A program made the translations under genes and the position numbers. Under the pieces are notes generated by a model. The model was not told the DNA's origin. It was given only the letters and a program-made list of their open reading frames with translations, and searched no databases. DNA of 64,000 nt, from NCBI RefSeq assembly GCF_006345805.1, contig NC_042997.1:118544001-118608000 (forward strand), in the 5' to 3' direction. Of this stretch, positions 54,996-64,000 are shown piece after piece (position 1 is the first letter of the stretch; every line of letters starts with the position of its first letter). This stretch comes from Octopus sinensis (Eukaryota).

Positions 54996-56795
54996 CTTAT
55001 TTGTCGAAAATTGTGTCCAAGGTGTTAGCCAAGAGGTTGGTGCTTGTCGTCGACAAACTGGTCGACAAGGCGCAAACGCGTGCCGTTGCGGGCCGGAGCA
55101 TCCATGACAACCTCCATCTGATGCGCTACATCATACACAGGGTAGTTAAGGAACCTGGCATAGTTGGGGCCCTGATCAATTTGGAACAATCCAAAGCCTT
55201 CGATTGGGTAGACGATCGATACTTGGAGGCTGTCCTCATAGCGGCTGGTTTTGGTCCCGTCTTCCGCGGTTGGAAAGATGCCTTTTACAGAGGCATCCGT
55301 TCGGTAATTCGCGTGAATGAACATCTATCGAGACCTTTCGACATTGCACGTTCAGTCCGTCAGGGATGCCCCCTCTAGTCGCTTCTGTACGTATTTACTC
55401 TCGAGCCACTACTGCCGAAGCTGGCGACGCAGAGGGGCATCCCACGAAAATTGGGATGCGGGACGAGCGTGTCCGCATACGCGGACGACATCACTGCCAT
55501 AGTGTCTAGCCAGAAGCACATCGGGCTGGTAGGAAGACACTGAATGACTACGAAGCGGTAACAGAAACGAAAAATCAACGTGGAAAAGTCAGTGGACTTG
55601 CAGCTTGGCACCTGGAGAAACAAGCCCATGCCGTCCACCAACGACTCCGTCGTGGGACGTTGGATCGACGGTTCGGTCGAGTTGCTTGGCATCTGGTTTG
55701 ATCTATACCTCCAAACGGAGAAGAACTGGAAAGAGATAACGAGTAGGGTGGCCACTCTCGTCCGGCAATGGGCCGAGAGGAAAGTGTCCCTAAAAGGCTG
55801 GGTGTAGCTGGCGAATACGTACATCGCGTCAGTTATCTACAACCGCCTGACCGTCGTACCGTGTCCCGCCCCTACCATCACCACTCTGGAACGCATTTTG
55901 TGGAAAGAAAGCGTTCCGATGGTCAGGCGATCCGTTTGTTGCCAACACACTTTAAAAGGAGTGCTGGGTATGCCATTCATGGTTGATGATGAGAAACGCG
56001 CTGAGATTGCGACATTTCCGGTTCTACGTAGACGACGGTGAACAGGTGTGGTGACCGTTTGTGTGGCGCTCTTTCCCGCACCTCGTCCCCATGAACGAAC
56101 TACAGTCGTGGATCAAAAAGAGGCCAAGGAAGGGCGAATGGCATCGTGAGTATCGCGTTGCTCTCGGGCCAATATGCCGTCCAGAGTCGACCTTGAGCGA
56201 CTGCATCACAACAAAAGCATTATTAGTAGAGGGGAGATACGACGACGATCTCGGGGCGAACTTGGGCGTCGACGAGGAATACCTGACCCGCCTGTTCAAG
56301 ACGACTTTCGGGCCAGGACCTATGGGCAACTTCCATAAGCTCTACAGGCATCATTCGAGAAACATGGGGTCGACCTGCCCGTGATCCGGTCAGAGTGACG
56401 AAACTGTTCTGCACGCACTCGTTCAGCGTCCAGCCATTTCCGACCTGTGGGCTTATGTCGGACGACCGCTATCGCGTGTGGAACGAGTCAGTTTATCAAC
56501 CGTGTCTATCGTGAATATTGTCGCGCCTCCTTCCTTGAAACGGGAAGGAAGAGCCATTTTCATCGTACATGTGGCTATGGCAAAAAAAATGTGTATGTAG
56601 GACGCGTCTGAAATGTTTAGAGACAAACACTTTTCTTTCTGGTGAACCTTTCATCAACATCTTTAAGTATCACTTTAAGAGGAACGTGCCAGTAGAGAGG
56701 GAAGTTAGGTCTTGTGAATGTTTCAATAAAAGATGGGTGAATGTCGCAAGGATACCACGTGTTAATGACGGAGCGACCTTGAGCATAATTCTATG
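54996..56795 (+). pseudogene. Degraded Tx1/L1-clade LINE ORF2 (RT and C-terminus)
   Basis: KVLAKRL, LEQSKAFD, SVRQGCPL*, AYADD, LLGIWF; several stops and frameshifts. Confidence 0.85.
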
Positions 56796-56821
56796 ATATA
56801 TACGACGGACTTATTTCACTT

Positions 56822-56972
56822 TCCGTCAACCAAATCCACTTACATAGTTTTGGTCAGCCCGAGGTGTGTAATAAGAGACTACACATGACCAACGTACCAT
56901 CCAGTGCAACTGAACCCGGAAAAAGGTGGTTGGGAATCCAGCTTCTTACCACACAGCCACGTCTGCGCCTAT
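56822..56972 (-). mobile_element. SINE family A head fragment
   Basis: ACTGAACCCGG..CTTACCACACAGCCAC..GCGCCTAT. Confidence 0.6.
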
Positions 56973-58289
56973 GCATGTATGGTCGTTCTGCGCGAGTGCA
57001 CACACGCCCACACACATACATAACATTGTTAGGAAAAAAAGACATATGTTACATATACGAATGCATATGTAAACTCACACAATATACGATTCTGTAAAGA
57101 CACACAAGTTTTACAAACTTGCTTGTTTGTTTATTTTTGTACAAATTTGCGTGAAATAAGCTTTGGCAAATAAGAAATTCGCATGATTTCTTTAAAAAAA
57201 AGGATGAAGAAACAATGACATCCAGCATACAAATCACATCATACATCATACATACATTCAACATCGATTTTAAAAACTGTGTTTACTGCGTTGCACATTA
57301 TTTTCATACGCTCGTCTCCCTTTGGCATTTTCTTGCATGTCTGTAGATATATATAGCAAATCTCCATGTATGCATGTGTAAGTACTTATACGCGCACACG
57401 TGCGCGCGCGCGCAAATACACACGCATGTATACGTGAGGCGTATCTTTGTATCTTAAAGTCAAACAAATATATACATACATCTACTGCATAGGTGCATAA
57501 AGATGTGTGTGTGTGTGTGTGTGCATATAGATGGAGACAAGCATACATACATGCATACATACATATGTATGCATATACATAAATATGTGTGCATATACAT
57601 ACAGGCAAACATACAAACATACATACATACATATACATATATACACACGCACATACACACACACACACATATATATATATATATCTTGGAAGACCGATTA
57701 TAGCAGCGACTCCATCTAAGAATATCTGAAGAAGGAATTGTATTCCGGAATATCATCGGACTATGGATAACTAAATTACAACAGATATATGGTCCATTTT
57801 ATTTTATATTATAGTGCATTGTTGTACCATTCAAAACTTTTTATTCTTTATATCTTTTTAAGTATATAATTATAAAGACATAATTATAATTATGGGCGCT
57901 GGAATGCCAGCGTCTAGACGCTAGAACTAGATGTCAAAAACATATAATCCACTCTAAGTTTGTTCTCTATTTATAAGCACAAGTAGAATGCGAGGTAATG
58001 AGTAAGAAGATTTACAAAGTTTTGGATTATCATATATCTTAAGATTTCGTGCTCTCTAATAAAAGTTGTTTTACACTCCTCAGTAGTGATATACCAACAA
58101 CATATAAGCCAAAAATACATATACATACCGATAGATTTTTGTGTATAGATGCCAATATAAAGATGCATTTCTCACGTATACATTACATCTAATCGCCCAT
58201 CTCAGCCATGAGGTTAATGTCAGAAATCGTACGGGGTAAATAAAGTGCCGCAGCATGACATAATGACTAGAGAACTCAAAATTTATACA

Positions 58290-58632
58290 TATAGATTGAG
58301 AGTATAGCGTATAAAAACCGACTGAGAAATTAAGAAATCTACATAATGGGGACGTAGATGTTTTTAAAAACGAACTAGAGATCCTCCTCTCGACAATAGT
58401 AGATGAACCAATGGCTTGATATGGGGTAGAGACAAGGGAAAAGTAATCAAAAACTTTCATATACCAAATGGGCCAGCAGCTGGGACAAAGTCACATTCTG
58501 GATTGGCGATGTGAATCCCCACACCAGCCTGAGGAAATCACCCGAAGAGTAATCATAAGTAATGATGCAAAACTACGGTGGTGCTCCAGCATGACCACAA
58601 TCGGCTGACTGAAACAAGTAAAAGAATGAAAG
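58290..58632 (+). mobile_element. Very old CR1-like LINE 3' relic
   Basis: LRNLHNGDVDVFKNELEILLSTIVDEP, then GGTGGTGCTCCAGCATGACCAC..GACTGAAACAAGTAAAAG. Confidence 0.55.
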
Positions 58633-58799
58633 AATATATATATTCCTTCACACACAGACTCACACATTAAAGGCATAGTTGTCTTAGTATAAGATCAGCA
58701 TGCATCATGGTTGTAATGTTCTAAGTGACAAATTTGTTTGAGGTCTGCAGAATAATTTTCCAGCGAACTAAATCTATCAGATATCATTGTTTCTGACGC

Positions 58800-58843
<44 letters not shown>

Positions 58844-59195
58844 TTCCACTTATCGTCTCTGAGAAGCATTTCGTTTCAAATCACACAAAATCTCTTGCCC
58901 CAACTCAACGAAGTTCATTCTGCGTGTGCTAAATTCCTGCTATCTGTTTGAAGACAATAAAGCTCATGCTATGTTGATAAACATCCAACTAGGTTGTCGA
59001 AGTTCCAAAATTTTCTCCAATTGTCTAAATAAAGAAGAGATTTGTTTTTCCCTAAGCATGTAAATTTAATCACAAATTCTCAATTTCTTGAATCGATCAT
59101 TTCTTTTTCTCATACAGGATAAGTATTGTTGCTACGCTTTTGGTCTTTTTAACTTCGACCGAGTGTTATATCTTACTAAATTGTAATTTATCGTA

Positions 59196-59474
59196 ATAGG
59201 AAGATATGTGTGAATATATCAGGGGAAAGAGCCAGGGAGGAGATAGGTGTCAAGTATTTACATCTATATGTGTGCTTGTGAGTGTGTGTACGTGCGCCTG
59301 TGTCAATACTCACACAAGCGTGTTATGCACACATACATTCACGCAGGTACACACAAAAACACAAGTACACAGGCGCACGTACACACACTCACAAGCACAT
59401 ATATAGATGTAAATACTTGACTCCTATCTCCTCCCTGGCTCTTTCCCCTGATATATTCACACATATCTTCCTAT
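59196..59474. repeat. Near-perfect inverted repeat (108-bp arms, 63-bp spacer)
   Basis: 59196-59303 is the reverse complement of 59367-59474 with ~2 mismatches. Confidence 0.9.
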
Positions 59475-59659
59475 CATTCTGATTCTCCGTAGTATTCATA
59501 CTTTCGTTTGCACTACCCCTTCTATTTACCACCTCGGTCAAGTTGTCATGTTTTTTTTTGGTCTTACATCGTACATGATAAATCCTCTGTTGTTTTGTAC
59601 ATTCTGTGAAGTGGTGACGTGTATATAAAGAATTATCTATGGTTCCAATACAGGCTATG

Positions 59660-60700
59660 CGGGATTCGCAAGCAACTATGCCGTCCAGGGTCGACCTTGA
59701 GTGACTTCAACACAACCAAAGCATTCTATAGGGGATTAGTGGAGTAGAAGTATGACGGCGAGCTCGGGGCGAACCTGGACGTCGACGAGGAATACCTGAC
59801 TCGCCTGTTCGGGACGACTTTCGGGCCAGGACCTATGGACAACTTCCAGAGATCCCTATCCTGGCAGTGCTACCGAGAAGCGCTACCCGTTCGGGATAAG
59901 CTCTACAGACACGGCTCGAGAAACACGGGCCGACTTGCTCAAGATGCGGTCAGAGCGACGAAACCGTTCTGCACGCACTCATGCAGTCTCCAAATATTTC
60001 CTACTTGTGGGCCTATGTCGAACGACTGCTGTCACGTGTGGGATGAGTCGTTTTATCAGCCGAATCTATCGTCAATATTGTCACGCCTCCTTCCCTCAAA
60101 CGGGAAGGAAGAGCTATTTTCATCATCCTTGTGGCTTTGGCGAAAGAATGTATCTGGTGGACGCGTCTGAAAGGATTGGAGACAAACACTTTCTCCTCTG
60201 GTCAATCTCTCATCAACTTCTTCAGGTATCACTTGAAAAGGAAAGTGAGAGTAGAGAGGCAAGTTTTGTCTAGCGAATGTTTCAAAAAAAGATGGGTGAA
60301 TGTAGCAAGGATGGCACATATGAATGACGAAGCCACCTTGAGCATAATCCTATGAACCCGGAAAATTTAAAACAGAGGGTTACCTGCTTGCAAACAAATG
60401 TGGTAACATGTAACAATATCGACTGAGGTTATCGTGGTCTTTTCCGTAGGATTTTCTTCCCACGGATAAACCTTATCGGCTTCCCCCTTTACACTTTACA
60501 TCATGACACTGTGATACACGATCGATCTCTATTGATCATTTTTTTCTTTTCTTTTTTTTTCTTTTTTTCCTTTTTTTTCTTATTTCCATTTTACGATCCC
60601 TTTTGATCGAAAACCTACCCCACCTTTTTTTTTCTCTCTCCAAAACTTTGTAATCTGCCCCGTCTGTGTGCAGCCTTGTGTGGTTAATAAGGAAACATAT
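59660..60700 (+). mobile_element. Tx1/L1-like LINE 3' fragment with 3' UTR
   Basis: Homologous to 56160-56795; ends AATAAGGAAAC followed by (TC)n. Confidence 0.8.
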
Positions 60701-61102
60701 CTCTCTCTCTCTATGTCTCTTCTCTCTCTCTCTCTATCTATCTAAAAATATAAGCCATGTCTACTCATTTTTCAAATACATTATATGTACCAAGAACTTA
60801 CTTTTTATTCCACTACATACACACACATATATATATATGTTACCCTATCTGGACCTTTCATACATACTCACCATGTATCTGATGGCAAAAACCCGGTGTA
60901 GGGACACGTTGACCATCACTTGAGATATCCCAGTAACAGTGGTAAGACTTTAAATTCACCTTACTCTAAATTATCATAAATGACATGAGATATGCGCCCT
61001 GCCTTGGTTTATGTTGGCCTTTTCCACTAATATATATATGTTAAGAGACGTCACAATGTGTAGTGCTTTATTGGCACTATATTTATACTCTGGTACATAT
61101 AT

Positions 61103-61134
<32 letters not shown>

Positions 61135-61330
61135 GGAAGAATTAAAAAAAAGACAAAACAGGTGGTGTAGACAACAAAAAGGTGTATTAGTTTAACGCTC
61201 GGGAAGTGAAAAAAGTCTTTAACGTTTCGATCCTACGCTCTTCTACAGAAAGGAATACAGAAAGAAACAAGGAGAGAAAATAAAGAATGTGTAGTGGCTA
61301 GCGATCCATCATGGCGAATGCCGGACAGAG
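61135..61330 (-). mobile_element. (TA)n-flanked repeat with variant hammerhead core (61217-61252)
   Basis: CTTT-CTGTAGA-A-GAGC/GTAG/GATC-GAAA-CG-TT^AAAG. Confidence 0.65.
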
Positions 61331-61499
61331 ATGTCAAACAGGAGAGCTAGGAAGAAGAGGAGATCATAAAGTAGTTGTGATCCCAAAACGGAGGTGCGCG
61401 TGCGTGTATATAAAAGAGCATATATGTGCGTGCGGAAGAGGGCTGGTGATGTGTGTGTATATATATGTGCGTGTGTGTATGTTCATATGTGTATAGCTG

Positions 61500-62050
61500 G
61501 TGTGCGTGTGTGTATGTCTAGGTGTGCGGATGTGGTCCTGGGAAGTGGTCAGTGCTAGTGTTATGTGATGTAATGTGGTGCTGTGTGGTGTGGTGGGGTA
61601 TGGTATAGTGGTGTGTGGTGTGGTGTGATGGTGTTGGGATGCGGGGAAGACAAGAGTGGGGAAAGCAAGGGTGGGGTATGGGTTAGGTTGAGGGTGGAGG
61701 TAGAGGTGGAGTATGAGGGTAGGCTGAGGGTGTGGGTAGAGGTGGTGTATGTGGGAGTAGGTGTAAGGGATGGAGTGAGTGTGGAATGAGACGAATAAGG
61801 AAGGTAAGTTTGGAGTGTGTGGGCGTGGTGTTACGAGGGAGGGTTGAGATGAAAAGAGAAGGGAAAGAGAGAAGGTGGGTAGGAGTGGAGAGTAGAGAGA
61901 AGGAGAGTAGGAGTGAAGAGAAGAATAGGAGTCGGAGCAAGAGAGGAGAGGCGAGTGGGAGGAAGTAGGTGTGAAAGAGAGAGAGGAGGGGAGGTTAGAA
62001 GAAGGGCGGAGGAGAGTTGTGCCCATGTGGCGCAAAGGAGCGAAGAGAGA
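61500..62050. repeat. GT-rich grading to GA-rich low-complexity tract
   Basis: Directly visible. Confidence 0.8.
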
Positions 62051-62297
62051 AGATTAATCCCTGTTCACAGCGCAAACTGGAGTCCGGATGAATCTTAGGA
62101 TAAGCGGTGATCGTCATTACCCTCTGTCACGTTTGTGACCTCTATTAATTTTGTGATTAGGTTCTAATCGCTAATACGGCAATTATACACACACACAAAC
62201 ACACACAAACGCACACACACACAGAGACGCACGCACACTAACACACGCACACACATATATATATATATATATGTATAAATATATACAAAAGAAAATA

Positions 62298-62621
62298 TAG
62301 GAAATGGAGATGTAGCATTAATATAATTTATTAACTGCAAGAATCCAACATTTTCTCTTGCAGCTGTTTGAATTTAGGCTAATGACTAAATTACCATAAT
62401 TACATCATCTGATGAGATTTTGCCTCATACAATGATGTAGGTTATTGCAATTTAATCTTTAGGCTAAACTGAAACAGGTGTAAGAGAAAATCTATTTTTG
62501 CAGTTAATAATTTACATTAATGCTATACCTCTATTTTCTAAATTTTTGTTTGAATATTTATAAACCAAGATTTATAATTATATTGGCTATTATTATCCCT
62601 TAATGGGGTTATTTTAAACTC

Positions 62622-62625
<4 letters not shown>
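62298..62625 (+). mobile_element. Degenerate asymmetric fold-back with hammerhead (62405-62486)
   Basis: Arms ~62298-62384 and ~62457-62540; CTGATGA(62409)..GAAA-CAGGTG-TA(62482); extension ends in (TA)n. Confidence 0.6.
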
Positions 62626-62656
<31 letters not shown>

Positions 62657-62669
<13 letters not shown>

Positions 62670-63176
62670 ATCCAAACAAGAAAGCACAAAAAAACACAAC
62701 AACGCGAGGACGTGGAACAAATATAGTATTATTGGACGCTCAGGAAAGAAGAAAAGAAGCTCTTCGTCGGAACATAGGAGAAGGAAAGATCCTGAGAAGG
62801 GAAGACAGAGGAAAAAATCGCCAACGGTACACACGTGGTCACATTCCAAGTGTGCTATTATTAGAAGACCTGGTTTGTTACACTGTAGATGTAATATGGT
62901 GTGTCTAACAAGATATATTGTAACTTCTTAAAAGCTTCTTTGGTGGAGGAACAACGTAAGACAATAAGTAGTGGCAAATGGCACTAAAATAGTAACCGAA
63001 GGGGAAAAATCTTGAGAAATTCAGAATCATTCTCAAGGAATTATCCTGATAAGGGAATCGATGTATCAAATTTCAAGGAAGAATAATGGGCCTATTTTTC
63101 AGTTTAAAATAAGCGTCATCTGTGAAATATTTCACTTGTCACCTTGCAGAGAGAAGCTGACAATTCATATCCAACA

Positions 63177-63234
<58 letters not shown>

Positions 63235-63412
63235 TACACAAACACGCACACACACACACTCACACTTGCACACACGCACATATACACTCACACACAAACA
63301 CACACCACCGCGCGCACACTAGCACTCACAGACACAAAATACACTGATGCACAATTATATAAACGTCTGTAGCGAACAATATGTTAACATATGAATCATA
63401 ATTCTACACACG

Positions 63413-63444
<32 letters not shown>

Positions 63445-63457
63445 CATATATACATAT

Positions 63458-63499
<42 letters not shown>

Positions 63500-64000
63500 A
63501 TATAGTTAGTTAGTTAATCCAAACAAGAAAGCACAAAAAAACACAACAACGCGAGGACGTGGAACAAATATAGTATTATTGGACGCTCAGGAAAGAAGAA
63601 AAGAAGCTCTTCGTCGGAAACATAGGAGAAGGAAAGATCCTGAGAAGGGAAGACAGAGGAAAAAATCGCCAACGGTACACACGTGGTCACATTCCAAGTG
63701 TGCTATTATTAGAAGACCTGGTTTGTTACACTGTAGATGTAATATGGTGTGTCTAACAAGATATATTGTAACTTCTTAAAAGCTTCTTTGGTGGAGGAAC
63801 AACGTAAGACAATAAGTAGTGGCAAATGGCACTAAAATAGTAACCGAAGGGGAAAAATCTTGAGAAATTCAGAATCATTCTCAAGGAATTATCCTGATAA
63901 GGGAATCGATGTATCAAATTTCAAGGAAGAATAATGGGCCTATTTTTCAGTTTAAAATAAGCGTCATCTGTGAAATATTTCACTTGTCACCTTGCAGAGA
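62657..64000. repeat. Tandem duplication, ~847-bp period
   Basis: 62657-63152 matches 63504-64000 with a single 1-bp insertion seen; each unit begins with a minus-strand pLTR-like repeat with a truncated hammerhead. Confidence 0.95.

Noticed and set aside
54815-55378. 187-aa ORF as a novel repeat-RT fusion protein
   Set aside because: The N-terminal YLSI/YLPT repeats are just the microsatellite upstream of a truncated Tx1 RT that contains stops.

Overview
AT-rich, microsatellite-dense eukaryotic DNA; the SINE families and (TA)n/(CA)n/(AAT)n load suggest an octopus or other coleoid cephalopod, but this is inferred and not database-checked. No host protein-coding gene could be recognised, and most ORF-track calls are translated microsatellites or SINEs. 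Protein-coding relics all belong to mobile elements: a near-complete Helitron (Rep plus PIF1 helicase, minus strand, ~30.5-35.35 kb), CR1-like LINEs (41.6-43.4, 35.7-37.7, 58.3-58.6 kb), R4/Dong-like LINE fragments in (TAA)n (28.1-29.3, 16.8-17.2 kb), Tx1/L1-like fragments (13.8-15.7, 55.0-56.8, 59.7-60.7 kb) and an RTE 3' end (23.5 kb). There are also many tRNA-derived SINEs, two non-autonomous Helitron-like copies and a TTAGGG-containing MITE. The main unexplained layer is a set of minimal type-I hammerhead-ribozyme motifs with palindromic helix III: about 11 with canonical cores plus variants, in several unrelated short repeat families. Many sit in asymmetric inverted (fold-back) insertions of the kind known from Penelope-like elements. 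One appears to be a tRNA-headed, hammerhead-tailed SINE-like element inserted head-to-head inside a 9-bp target-site duplication. All alignments and folds were done by eye.
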